DNA from: the human T2T-CHM13v2.0 reference genome, Homo sapiens
Assembly (NCBI RefSeq): GCF_009914755.1
Contig: NC_060947.1
Reading direction: 5' to 3' (one strand)
Length of the DNA stretch: 64,000 bases
The position numbers and the translations under genes were made by a program. The notes beneath the pieces were generated by a model. That model ran no database searches. It was not told where the DNA came from and saw nothing but the letters and a program-made list of their open reading frames with translations. Of this stretch, positions 35,951 to 49,964 are shown in pieces (the first letter of the stretch is position 1; each line of letters starts with the position of its first letter).

Positions 35951-36197
35951 GCTCTTGACTCAGAAAATAAAATGCCACATGTTAATGTAGAAAAAGCATT
36001 TTCATGAAAATGGTACCTTTTCAATTTAGTGTCTGAAAAAATAAAGTGTATATTTTGAGACATCTTGAACAGTCAGCATCCAGGCAAAGATGTGTTTGCC
36101 CATGGTGGTCTAGGCCTGAGAAAAGTAGTGAGTATATTATCTGCAAATTAGGATGACCAAGTGAAGTTTTCTTTTTCAATTCAGGAAATATTTTTGA

Positions 36198-36362
36198 GCA
36201 GTGCTTTTCAAACGTTAGTGTGCATATGACTCATCCAAGGAGAGGGTCTTTTAAAAATACGGATTCTGATTCAGTGTCTGGGGTGAGGTCTGAGGTTCTA
36301 CATTTCTGACAGCTTCCAGGCAATGATAATAGTGCTGATCTGTGGGCCACAGTTTAAGTAGC
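36198..36362. mobile_element. MER5A/B
   Basis: cagtgcttttcaaac...gattctgattcagtgtctggggtgaggtctgag...ccacagtttaagtagca. Confidence 0.8.
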
Positions 36363-38179
36363 AAGAATTTAGACAAAATGTAAGACCTCAAGGAAAAAAT
36401 AATAGTTGTGAACAAAGGGTAAATAAAGACATTCCAAAGTAATGGTGAACCATGTAATATTGGATTTAGAAATGAATCCCACACAAATCCATATTGGATT
36501 ATTTCCACGAACAAATAAATAACTCTGAATTTCCAACACTATATACTCAAATTGCATCGTCCATGAGCTATGACAGCAGGAGTTATAAAGCAAATCCCTC
36601 TCTATATGTATGTATGTATGTGTGTGTTCATATATGCAGAAATGGAAAGATAATAAATGATGTAAAAAATACAGACATTTATCTAGTGATTGATTATTTT
36701 GTCCTGTATGCTCTTATAGATCTTCAAAACTAATGTCTAATCATGTTTTTGCCAATTGATGAGAATGTTTGGCTATCCTGGGAATTTTGCGTTGGTTTGT
36801 TTTCTAAAGTAAGAAGGTAAAGGAGAGAAATGAGGACGTCTGAAGCATAGGAAAAGCAAAAGTGCAAGGAGGAAAGATACGTGTATTTTCTACAAAATTT
36901 AAGATCTGAAAAATAATAATTTTAATATACATAAAATTTGTCATATCTTAATGATCAAAGAAGTAAAAAATCTCTGTACAAACTACAAGATTTAATTCTT
37001 CCAATATAATTTTTTATATTCTTAAGGAATAAAGAAAAAATATCTAAGATCTCTGATTACTCTGGATAACACAGATTAGATAAAAAATGTATTCTATTCT
37101 GTTCTACCACTTCTCAGCTTTGTGACCTTTGTGTATAGTGGTCCATAAATGGTATCTATTATTATTATGACTTCTTATCTGCCCAACAACTATATTTTTC
37201 TCCCCCTTTTTCTATATGGAAGTTCATTTCATACTAGAAAAATACTTAATGACCATAAATATGCCACAAAATGCCTAACAGAGTGATCTCTATGTGAAAC
37301 TAGTGTATGTGTATGTGTTTGGGAGGGTAGTGTTCATTTTTACAGGAGACCCTCTATGACTTAAAGAAAGTATTAATTTTCCAAGATCTACCAATTTATC
37401 TGGGGGCATAACAAGAATTAAAGAAGAGGCCAGAAACATCTCTACATTGCAAAATTTAAATTACCGTTACAAACATCCTATCACCTCCATTTTTTTACCC
37501 TGGTGGTAGAATTTTGATTTAGGGTGGCTAGTTTAGGAATGTCAAAGCTAAACTGATCTTTATTCTTTGTCTAGAATATATGAGTATGTTTGGGAAATTG
37601 GAAGAACTGCAAACTTCAGTGATCGACATTCATAGAAAAAAAGATATAATCAGTTACATGAATAAAATCAATTTTTTCTATTGTAATAGGCCAATTGGAC
37701 TTGTCATTGAAGACGATGCAGAGCTACACCAGAATTAAGGACCTGTCACTATTTTCACACAATTTGCCTCCTTTCCAGGGGTTAACATTTAGATATTAAA
37801 ATAAAATAATCTCTCAGACACATAGTAAATATTTGAAGTCATTTTAAATGGCATTTTCTTCTTAACAAATTTGGTTGGTGGCACATTGGTCATTTATAAC
37901 ATGTAGTTAAGTGAGATTACCTTCTACATCAAAGGCTTTGTTTCTTCTTAACTGTGACTAACACTGCCCTCCCTAGGTAATTCCAAACGTATCCATAGAA
38001 AAATATTCTAAATTTATGCTTCCTTTTGACAAATATGTTGTATTATATCGTAACTAATATATAACTGTTATAAAATATAGAAATATTTTAAAAAACACAT
38101 AAGTATATTTTTGCTTCCTTTTTCTCAGCTTTAAGTTGATCATCATTTAGTTTTAATTTGAAAATGTATAAACAGATTA

Positions 38180-38673
38180 TGAATAGAAACCCAATTCTTT
38201 TCCCCTTCTTGAATGCATACCCTTTGAACGTGACTTCATTGTTTTTCCCATTACGAAATGCGGCCTAGTATCCCATCTCTAGAATCTGTGTTGGCCTCCT
38301 AACTTGCTTTGACCCATGGAATGTGGTAGAAGGGACATTGTGTTACTTCCAAGCCTAGGCTTCAAAGAAGCCTTGTGTGCCTGCTCTCTTTCTGTTAGAG
38401 CCCTGCCACAGCTACAAGGACAGGCCTCAACTAGCCTTCTGGAAGACATGGAGTAGAGACATGTACTCCCAGCCAAGGGCACCATTAGCCTTCCAGCCTA
38501 TGGCTAATCTGCCAGATCACAAACCTAGGAAGAAGCCCAGCTGAAATCAGAAGTGACCAGCTGATCCCAGCCTTAATTGATGCCCTGCAGAATTGCAAGA
38601 TAAATGAATGGTCTTTGTTTTAAACCACTGAGTTTTGGGATGGTTTATCATGCAGCAAATACTAACTGATTCA
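38180..38673 (+). mobile_element. MLT1 (G/H-like) MaLR LTR
   Basis: ttgctttgacccatggaatgtggtagaag...ttccaagcctaggc...gttttaaaccactgagttttgggatggtttatcatgcagcaa. Confidence 0.85.
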
Positions 38674-39074
38674 GATGTAAATATTCAAGTCATGGTGCAC
38701 ACAATTTTGATAATGCCATAACTTTGATAAGAAGTTACAGTAACCTACAAAACCGATACCAGCAATGACTTTACTCTTACCCTTTAAACAAAGAAAAAAA
38801 ACTAGAAATTAATTTGTAAAAGATGGAAAATAAAAAAAGAAGCTTTCAGAGTTTGCAATCATCGTAACAACAGATATTCTATTTGTTCTTTATCATTTGC
38901 ATGTAGACACTTAGTTTCTGGGTTAATATACTTAGGATAGTCTTTATTATTTTATGTATTTTGCACTATTTGACATATAACATGTCTCCTCAAGTTTACC
39001 ATAGAAATTCAATAATGTAGTACAATCTTCCTTTGATATGTCTCATTGTAAGGAAATTATATAGTCTTACTTTG

Positions 39075-39519
39075 AATTCCACTAGAAACCAACTGATCCT
39101 GAGTGTAAGGATTGAGTGAAAATAAATTTAATTTGGAGATTAAAGATATAGCAATAAAAGATTGGGAAAATGAGCAAGGAAAGGGAAGTTAGCCAATAAA
39201 GGGTGATTATTAAGCAATTTACCAGTGTGAGTGAATGAAGCTTATTTCTAATGAAGACACATATCTCATAGTTATCCCACTTGAGAGGCAAGAAAGTGGG
39301 AATATTTATACTGACTTCCATCAATCATTGATTGAGGGGTGTTCTTGGGAGCTAATAACTGATCATCATTTCTGGCCTGCTACCTAGCTACAAACCAAGC
39401 CCCTGGGCCCAAAAAAAGTATAAATTCAGGAGCTGGGTGAATTTTGAAGTCCACAGGCATGAACAGAGATGGTAAGGGTAAGATGATACATACAGGGGGG
39501 ATGCCACTATGTCTGCTAC
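39075..39519 (-). mobile_element. ERVL LTR (LTR33/LTR16-like)
   Basis: aaggattgagtgaaataaatttaatttggag...agccaataaagggtg...tgtctgctaca end. Confidence 0.68.
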
Positions 39520-42500
39520 AAGTATTATTTTACAGAATCACTTTAGGGTTTAATTCAACTTGTTGAAGTTAAAAAAGAATTCAAGCAAACACTTTTCATT
39601 TCATCAGGCTCCTGAAATATTTTCTTAACCTTTCAAAATAGCATAGAATCAGCACGTTTAATGCAAGTAAATCTATATCCGGCATTGGTCTTAGATTTCC
39701 TATAGAGTACCCATTACAAAGAAAATGCCACTAAATCATGGTCTTTGCTTATGAAAAGGCACAGTCAATTTGGATTTTTTATTATGTTTTGTTCCAATAG
39801 CTTCGCTTGAAATTACTATCACTTTGTACATTTAATCTAACATACAGCTCTAAGGGTCTTAGTATAGGCCCTAGTCTCTAGTACCTTTCATACAAATCAC
39901 TACATCTTCTTCGTCCTCATTTTTTGTCAACTCAAACATCAGCCTCCCATTCCATTTCCGTTGCCTTTAACCAAACTATTTTCTCCTCTGAATTAGTTGA
40001 TTTGAACATTCTTCCTTTTCTGAAATCAGAGGCTTCACTGTTATTTGCTAAGGAATTACTTTACAGTCCCATGATCTCCTCAGGTCACGAGGTTATGGGC
40101 ATGATGACAGCAAAGAGCCTAGATGTCTAGGAAGAATACTGAAGCTCTTAGTGGAAATGTCAAGTGAAAAGGGACACGTAGAGGGGAGTGTGATGCCACT
40201 ACTTTTCAAAAGGGTCAGGTAAATGATGCAATTGTGGACCACTTTCTGTATTACCTGAAGCTATAACAATACTTTACACTACACTATATATTATATCCAT
40301 AATCCTGAGCTTTTGATTCAACAATTTTCCACGAAACAAATCTAGGTTTTCTCATTTTTATTGTTGTTTCCTTTATCCATGTGTATGTTTCTCTTCTCAT
40401 GAAAAAGTCATTTGATACATATATAGTACAAGATTTCTCAGGTACTGTCCTCTGTCTAATTCTACATCCCCATCTCCTGAAACTAGTCAGCAGAACTCAT
40501 AAAAAAACATGTTGGCCCTTGCTCAAACAAGGCCTCCATTTTCTGCACCACTAAACAGACTGCTACTTCTCTTGCTAAGATACGACACTCCACGCATCTC
40601 CACGAGAGAACTCTGACCTTTTGGCATCCATATTAGTCATCACTTCCTGGCAGGGCCTTTTTTGACATTAATATGTTGAGTAAACCACTTCCTCATTTGT
40701 GCTCTGGGTCATGTTTTCTACTTATATTGTAGTAATTAGTTTATTAAATATTATTTATTCATTTCAATATTCATCTTCCAGTTGGACTTTGAAGTCCCTA
40801 AGAGACAAAACTTAGTCTTACTTTCTTTCATCGCCCAGAACCAGGAAACATCTGGAACATATTAAGAACGCAATAAATAGGGTTTATTGTTGAATTACTA
40901 TTTTTCTTGATTCTTTCTTAGAACCTCTCATGCCTTTGTGACTTTCTATGTTGTAAAATTCACATAGAAATCATCACTTAAAATTTTTACTCTTCTTAAA
41001 AAATAATAAAAGGGCGTATTAAACTTTACCTGACCCTCCTTTGGTTTCTTCTCTTTCAGATCAAAGAAAACTTTGCCACTTTATTTTTTATAAAACAAAA
41101 ATGCTTCATAATTAGATATACTTATGGAACTTATTTATATAATAAGCAGCATCATCCTTATAAGTTGCTATAAGACAGTAATTGTATCTAAGTGCTTTAT
41201 ATTCTGTTTTAGTAATTAAGGATGAAAGAAAGAGGAATGGCGTGTTCAAGGAGGTGCTTAATAACATAATTATCATCGTCAATGTAATCTTAATTCTCCT
41301 ACTTTTCCAATATTGTTTCACTGTTACTATGACTACTTATTAAGGTGAGATCTTTGTGGCATAGCAGCAGAAACATCAAACAGCAGTCATGATAAAAACA
41401 GTCCAACTCAGCACTTATCCTTTGTTGTGTATCCTGAAATGTACCACTTAACTTCTCAGGCCTTTGCTCTGCTTACAAATAAAAGAACTGCTAAAAATAA
41501 TCTAGAAGCTTCATTCTAGTTCTAAATTATATCTGAGTTTAACATACAATGCATATTCCTTTGCATTTTCTGATATTAATAGGTCTACATGCTGTACATA
41601 TATGTCAAATAAGGGAATTAATAGAATAAGGACTTACATTTCTATGATCTTAGAAAGAGTATGGAAATGAAGAAAACTGATTTTGCATACTTACATGAGA
41701 AAGGTAAACATCTAGGCATTAGGTCAAAGAAATGGACGCCTGGAAGATGATGGCTTTTAATTTAGACTGGGCTTATTTATGTTGTGGCCTAGAGAAGTCA
41801 ATGACACCTTTATTTTAATCATTCTTATTGTTAAGTCTATGTAAAAGCTAAGGTTAGGACCTAGATTCTTAAAAATGATAATAATTAATTAAAAATAATA
41901 AGGATAAATTCAAAGAGAAAGAAAAGGTAGGCGCTTTTAGTAAAGAAAAGAAAAAAACAGAGAACAGATGCTGCTTCTCAAGCACCCATTAATGTGAAAT
42001 AAGATAAACAATAACAAGCAAGTTTTTTCTTAAGAAACAAGTACCACACAAGAAGTACATTAATTTACATGAGTGTGCTAACATTTATGATCATGAGGCT
42101 TTCAATTAAGGCAGCATAAAACAGTGGAATGCTTTGAGGGTAATGAGAAATCTAAAGGTGAAAAAAGAGCTCTCATTACTTATTTTCTTTTATTCTAACA
42201 TTAAACATGGAAAAACATTTATAAATATTGTTTTTCATCTAAAGTTTACAGTTACCCATTTCAAACTTAACAGAGAGACCAGAGAAATTGCATTTCAGAC
42301 CTTAGTGAAGTTATAAAAAAATTAAAAAGAACTGGGATAGATTTTTACTTAACATAAAAAGGAATTTGAAGACTATTCTAAAGTTGAAGAATCACGTATT
42401 ATATTGTCACTTGATAAAAACAAAGACACCATGCAGAATGATCTTGAATTTATGGAAGATATTCTGCAAATGTTTATTAATAGACCGGTAGATGTTTCAG

Positions 42501-42949
42501 TAATATCTGAGAAGACGACCAACCTAAATCAAGTTTTGTCAGTTCTTAAGTAAACTGGAATTTACCTCAGTGTATCTCTCTTAGTAATAATCCCAAATGT
42601 TATAACAAAATAAATTCAAATGTGTAAACTCTTTCACCCCACATATTGTCCACTTGTTAAACTATCCAGTAAATTCTTACTTGAAAAACGAAACTCAGAG
42701 AGTTCTTACTGACTCATACTGTCACAGTCTCAGCCTATCCTACGCTAATGTGAAGCTATTTTCTACAAGAAATGTCAACGAAATGTTTTCTAAACAAATG
42801 CATTTCTGATGTATCAAAGTCAGCGTGTTCTCTTCACACGGTGTCATAAACTCCTGTAAAAAAATTGAAATAATTTTGAGGAAAAGGGAATTTCAAAACT
42901 TAAAAATTAGACAAAGCAGGGAAGTTTCTCCCTATTTAGTACCAGTAAT

Positions 42950-43550
42950 TCAGCTGAATTGCAGTGGTCTCTTACCTGGTCTCTCTGTTTCTGCCTTGGT
43001 CCCACTACAGTGTCTTATGAGACAGAGTGAACTTTTTAAAATGATCATATCACTCATCTTCAAAACCCAAAGGCTTCTGATTTCACTTTCAAGGACCTTA
43101 ATCATCTAGCCCCATGACCTCTCTTTCCTCCTCTACTTAGCTCCAGTCACATACTGGCTTTACTGTTACTTGAATACACAGACATTGTTCTGCCTCAGAA
43201 CCTTTTACTTATTCTTCTCCTATTTATATGCTCTTTCCCCAGTATCATCATGGCACAATTTTGTCTTCCTTCAGGCCTCTGCAAAACTAAAAACAACAAC
43301 AACAAAGCAAGCTTTGTATCCTCTTCCTAACACATTTCGCTCCTCTTTCCTTGCTTTGTTTTTCTGCATTGTATATATCAACGGCTGACATTTTATCTAT
43401 TCTTAAAATTTATTCTCTCTACCACCCACTAGAATATAAGCTTCCTGTGGGCAGGGACTTTATCAGTTTGGATAGTACTGCTTTTCCAGCCCCTAGAGTG
43501 ATGTGTGGTACATAACAGATTTTCTGTAAATGTTCACTGAAGGAAAGAAT
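42950..43550 (-). mobile_element. L2 3' region
   Basis: gctccagtcacatactggc...cccactagaatataagcttcctgtgggcaggga. Confidence 0.8.
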
Positions 43551-43774
43551 AAGGTTAGATGATACATAATGATGATAAATATGTCAGTAAGTATTGACTC
43601 TCTGCTGGCCCTTTTGCTCTTAACGTAATGATGTTTCAACTGAACCAATCTTTGACACATTCAATGTAACTAGATTATATATCCTAAAAGTTTGTTGTGA
43701 ACTGCAAAGTATACATGTATGTATTTTTTTGTCCCTAAGCAGAAACTCAATTATCAATATATGTGCTTTTGAGA

Positions 43775-43990
43775 CGGCAGCCTAGACAATCAGGTCTGGA
43801 GATGGCGCCAGAGAAGCTGGATTTGAGGCCTTGGTTTTATTTCTTCTTAGAAGTGTTCAGTTGGACAAGTCAACTGGCTTTTCTGAGTTTTAATTTCCTC
43901 ATCTCTTAAATCAGATCAATAGAAATAATTACTTTCTGGCTTACCTCATGGAAACATTGTGAAATTTAAGTAAACTAAGGCATTTAAATA
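43775..43990 (+). mobile_element. MIR
   Basis: ttggacaagtcaactggc...tttcctcatctcttaaa. Confidence 0.65.
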
Positions 43991-44024
43991 TATTGTATAA
44001 ATGGAGTGTTCCTGATGTTTGCCG

Positions 44025-44731
44025 GTATAAGGGAAAATACACATTTAAAATAAGAAAAAAATTAATTCTCCCTGATGCCAACAGGGAAACAGGCTTTTCT
44101 CTTCTCCCTTTTTTGAAAGCACATTTACTGCAAAAAACTTGTAATTATATCATTTTTCTCTGCCTATTTGAAATGTACATAAATTTTTTCGAAAGCTAAA
44201 TATGCCTCTTGCCAATTTTAAATCGAAAAATGTCTTTTCAAGGACCCAAGAGCCATCTTTTTGATACGTTATCATTAAGGAATATAGCACCCCTATCTCC
44301 CAGTTTCCATGGGAAGGTAGAAACCTAACTTTGGCTCAGGCCTGGTTCTAAATTACAAAGCTAACTTCTGTCATAAAGATTTGAGAAATTCATATTTCCT
44401 TAAGATAAAGACAATTAGAAACACCAATGGTCAATCCAATTACTAGGTGAATTTAAGATGAATTATGTGTGACAAAGAATACTGTTAAGTCTTCTTATTT
44501 AAGGACTAGTTATCACTTATCTTGAGAATAATTGGTTGCATCTCTTTGGACGTATAAAAGGTTAAGCTTTCTTTCCGTTTTCACAATCTAAAGAGATTGC
44601 CCATGATGTGCATCAGATTCTGGTTTTATGCTTATTTAATAGTAATCAAACTGTTTTCTTTCACTTTTAACTTTGTGGATAAGTTTTTTGACTTGGCAGG
44701 AGATTTTGTTTTTAATTATATTCTCCCAACA
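44025..44731 (+). mobile_element. ERV1-class solo LTR (subfamily uncertain)
   Basis: tttcaaggacccaagagccatc...ccctatctcccagtttccatgggaagg...ttttgtttttaattatattctcccaaca (CA end). Confidence 0.75.
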
Positions 44732-44768
44732 CTGATAAATGAAAATGTACATTAAAAACAGAACAAGG

Positions 44769-46080
44769 GACTTCTAGTTTCTACTTGGGAAGTAGAGAAC
44801 TAGAAAGAGCTTTAATCCTCACCCTTACCATAACAGCAAAAGCTGAACAAACTACAAGTTTACAATTTTATTTGGATGTATAAGTGAGCTTCAGTCACAG
44901 GTCAACCAACTAGCCCAAAATCTAAAAAGAATTCAGGTGACAAATTGGTAAAGGACAAATGCGGACTGGCAAGACAGTGTAGAGCCCCTGGGGGTTACAG
45001 AGGGAGAATGCAAACCCACTCTTAGAACCTAACCTTATTGGGCCAACCTGGACTCCCCATCCCTTGCCCCAAAACACACAGATTGGTAGAAGACCTGAGA
45101 AGGCAAAACACATTGTCAAGAAAATGAAAAGACAAGCCACAGACAGGACAAAAAATATTTGTCAAACACATATCTGTCAATCACATATCTGTTCCCAGAA
45201 TATATAAAACACTTTCAGAACTCATCAGTGAGAAAATATACAACCCAATAAAAATATAGGCAAAAGGTTTTCATTGTCACTTAGTCAAACAAGATATATG
45301 GCTAGCAAAAAGCAGATAATATGATGCTCAACATTTGTAGTCATTAGACAAATTCAAATTAAAACCATAATGAAATACTAACACATATTTAGTAAAATGG
45401 CTAAAAAATTCAGTTGCTCACAAGCATGTAGAGCAACTGGAACATACTCTGCACAATGGTACAGTCACTTTGGAAAGCAGAAGCAGTTTGTCAGTTTCTT
45501 ATAAAAGTAAACATACATGTTCCATGTAACCCAGGAATTCCACTTTTCCCCAAAAAAGAGAAAACTTGTATTCACACAAATACCTCTATGTGAATGTGTA
45601 TAGCACCTTTATTCATACACTGGAAACAGCCCAAATGTCCTTCAATCAGTGAATGGATAAACAAACTGTAGTATATCTTTACAGTGGAACACTATTCAGC
45701 AATAACACTGATTAGAAAACAAACTATTAATACAAGTAACAACATGGATAAACCTCAAATGCATTTGGCCAACTGAAAGAAACCAGATCAAAAGGCCTCT
45801 AACTATTTATGTGACATATAAATGTCATATAACCATTTTTATGACATTCTAGAAAAGGCAAAGCTATAGAAATGGAAAATAGTTCAATGGTTACTAGGGA
45901 CTAGGGGTAGGGGACAGAACTGACTACAAAAGAAAAGGATGATGAAAGTTTTTCAGTTGATGGAACTGTTCTGTATCATGACTTTGATCATAGGTACAAG
46001 ACTTCGTGTATTTGTAAAACCTCATAAAATTGTATACCATAAAGAATGAACTCTGCTGTGTGTAACAAAAAAAAATTTTT
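44769..46080 (+). mobile_element. Old L1M: 5'-end-like segment joined to ORF2 3' part and 3' UTR
   Basis: gacttctagtttc start; aagaaaatgaaaagacaagccacagac; ggaaacagcccaaatgtccttcaatcagtgaatggataaacaaactg. Confidence 0.8.
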
Positions 46081-49000
46081 AAGAATAAAACAATTTTATA
46101 ATTTGTTATCAGTTACTATTAAATCTTAACTATGACACATTGTATCATGTAACAGCTTCAAATTTATTAAGCATAGCTTATTTTGTTTTAGTGTATCAAC
46201 AATGGATCAAACAAAAGCCAAAATATTTTCAAACTGAGCATATGAATGAAAAAGAACATAAAATGTACTTTATAACAACATTATTAGATCTGTCCCATTG
46301 AAAGAAGGTAGTATTATATTTGAAATATCAGGCTTACCTCCAGTCTCTCTAAGCCAGGAAAAGGATAGTAGTGACTGAAAAGCTTGGATCAGAAGGCACA
46401 GAAATAGTTCAGCGTTGTGGGTATGCATTGTAAAGACAGATTAGTCAGAGTTGACTGGCAGAGTTAAGGAAACAAAATTGTAAGATCACTACATGGCACA
46501 GAGATTTTAAACAGAAAGGAATAGAATGATTCCAGTAAGCAGTTTGAACCACTGTAATAACTAATTAGAAAAACAAGGGGTTGATTAATCGAATTTTAGG
46601 AGGATATTATTCTATAAGCAATTTAAGTAAAATTTCTTTACAAAATGGTACTTAGGCTACAGAATTAACTGACAAAATGTCCTATAAAAGAGGAAAATAA
46701 CTAGATAAATATGTGTCAATTACAGCACAGGCTTAAAAGGGAAAATTATTGATAGGCAATGTGCAATAATCAATAACTAGGAATAGGGAAGTGAAAATTA
46801 GAATTCAGTTCAAAGCAGGTTACAAACCGATATGGAGATGATAAAGTAATTTGTCAGGTATAGACCAAGTTTATCCAGCACACACAAAAGTTTGTAAAGC
46901 ATCAAGTTAATTTGATATGTGTAAGCAGCCGAGTTTAAAGTGACAAAGTAGAGGGCTGAATTATCCCTTGAAGTGTAAAATTTAAGCAAGCTTTTTGCTT
47001 TTGACAATTCAGGGTTAAATGGAATTTTTGTAATGAATAAAAAGCTAACATGATCAAATGAATTTTCATCAATTTCACTCAAATTATCCCCACACAAAAA
47101 TAAAATGGCTATTCTGATAAGGTCATTATGATTTTCCTATTTATCAAATATTTATATAAATTTTATTTATCTTCTTAATCTAACCATTGAAATTCTCTAA
47201 ATATAACTCAATTTGGACCTTTTTCTCTGACAACGTGTAAAAGTTACTTATTAAAAGCACTATCAAATATTATTGTATTATTGGAGGAATTTTAATTGGC
47301 ACAACAGCCAAGAGGCTACTATTTGTTAAAAAAAAAAAAAAAAAGGAGGAATAGTTCTGCCTTCAAATGCTCTCTCAGTTCTCAATATGTGGGGGAGGCA
47401 TAAAAATGAAATAATATCGTAAGAGTTTATAGTAGAATTAAATATAACTACAGCCTAGATACAAAAGAACCTTGTCATTACAGGGATAATAGAACCCTGA
47501 ACTGGACAGGACATCAGGCATCTGAAAACAGTCTTTAATAAGAAAAAAGTTTTTGGTGAAAAATTCTTTGTTCCTCCCATCATCAGCTCAGCCTTCAATT
47601 ATTATCTTTTCTGAAAAAAAAAAGTCCTACCTTGTCTGATTGTTTAATTAGCAAATATCCCATAGATATCTTCCATGAGTCAGACTCAGTTTTAGATTCA
47701 GGGGATACAATGATGAATAGGAAAGACAAAGTTCTTTCCCTTATGGAGTTCACTTAACTAGAAGAGAAGTCCAATTATAGACAAGTGAATGCATAAATAA
47801 AATTAGATACCTTAGAGTGTTATGTATAAAGTTGTAAGCAGAACTTTAAATTGCTTTATATAAAATGCCTAACAGAGTCAAAACTTAGTGATCATCCCAA
47901 GAATGTTGATTCTTCTTTTCCTTCCACCCACTCTCCTTCTCTCTCTTTTTTCCTATATCCTACTGCTGCCCTTTATTTTCATTTTCTTTATTTTCTTGCT
48001 TGTGTATAATTTCTACTGTGCCTACCTCTCTTCACCTTCCCAAATTAGATTATTCTATTGTGATTTTTACTCTGGGGAATGATGACCCCAAACCAATCCG
48101 AATGCTGCAGTGCCAACACTTGGAAGAGCCTTTTTAGTTGTGGGTTTGAATTTCGCTGGACCACCGCCACTTCATACATTTATTATCAACCTCTATTATT
48201 ATTAATTTAATGCTATTCTCAGTGATAAGAATCTATGTGTGGCCTGAGAAATTCTAACATGAACAATTCAAGATCAATGACTTCCTACCCTGAGGGCCAC
48301 TGAAATATCTTACCCCATTCAAGTCTGTAGCTGTTCTCTGGAAAAGCAGCAAATGATTTTATTCCCCCTCTTCACATCTCAGTTGCGTTTTCATCTGCTC
48401 TCAAACAGAGAATTTCTTGGATTAAAAGAGTCCAGGAAGCAAGAAAGCAGGTTATAGTAGTTTTCCTTTCCCTCTGCAGTCATGTCACACCATGTGAGGC
48501 TGTAATATGGTAGATACTAGAATAGATTTGAGTGCCCTTTCTGCTTGATTATGACATGCTTTGAACATGCTGCACACCAATTCTTAACATGCATGTAAAG
48601 AGAAAATAATATATAAACAGATATTGATGTCAGTGACTTGAGAAAGTATATAGTAAAATAATTCCTTTCCCTTTAAATGTTTTTATTTCCATGCCTCAAA
48701 ACGAATGTACATGTATGTGGATAGAAATGAGCAAAAATATTATTTTGTTAATTTCCTTTAAAAATGTTCCCATCTTCCTTTTAGGCATTTTGTCAACAAT
48801 ATTCACCTTGAATGATTTCTAAAATATTGCAAAAAAAAACTTGAAGGTATTCATCCACATTTTCTTTTCTTTCTAAAGAAGTTGTGTGTCAAATACTTTC
48901 ATGCTTTAAATAAAGGCAGAAGATTCCGAATTAAAGATTGATCTGGAAACAAAAGGAAGAAACAAAGCTGAGGAGTAATCTGCAAAAATGGGAATCTGTA

Positions 49001-49964
49001 CTTAAGTAATAAGCTAATTTTGCTTCAGAAATAGCTTTTGTTTAACTCACTGTACCCATCCCATATAATCATGCATTATCGTAGTACCCTCTATGACCAT
49101 TGAAGACGTGAATCACCATAGCAACTCATCCTAAATAAAAATACCATGGTAGTGATTTGGGAGGAAAAGCTATAGGTGCTGAACTCTAAGCTATTATCTC
49201 CCCACTAAAGTTATCTAACAAGTGAAGTCATTTCACAGGTGTAAGCACTTACAGACATATATGTTAGTGTCTAAAGAGCTTAGCGAATGAGTCATATTTC
49301 ACAGCATTGATCTCCACTCCAGCCACAGCCCAGTTTGTTCTCTCCACAATTAATGTTAAGATCTTTACTCATCTTCAATTCACTCTTACTCACCTCTGAG
49401 GAAATATGTATGCCTTTCCCCGATGTACTTTCTCTATAAACCCATGTCCTTATGCTCCTTCAAATTTTACTTCAATGTATCTCCCTTTTATGTTATGTCA
49501 GAACCTACTTAAGATGTATCACTCCTATTATTTTAATGATTTTTTTCCTCTCTCTTTTTCATCTCAGTTTTCTTTCCAATTCATCTTATGTACAACATTT
49601 AGTTCTTTCTTGGGACAGCTGTATGCAGTTGGTAATGCTTGCTTATATGTTCCTGTCACTTGAGCTTAAAGACATTTTTCTATATATCTCTTGTCACTTG
49701 CTGATTGATATAGCTGACAGATGGCATTTTTTAGAAGAAGCATCATCAGCTGCTCAAAATATGCTGACATCTCCAGCAGTACATAATGCAAGACAGTCAT
49801 GGTTTAGAAAGCACAGTTCCTGCATTTATAAGAAAAGGAAAATCATAAACTTCTAAGAATATGAGAAGGTAGACCTTAATTCAGAGTGTTCTAGAAAAAG
49901 ATCCCAGTACTTTCAGTGAGAAATTTGCTAAGAATATTATTTTTCCTTCATTTAAAAGATATCT

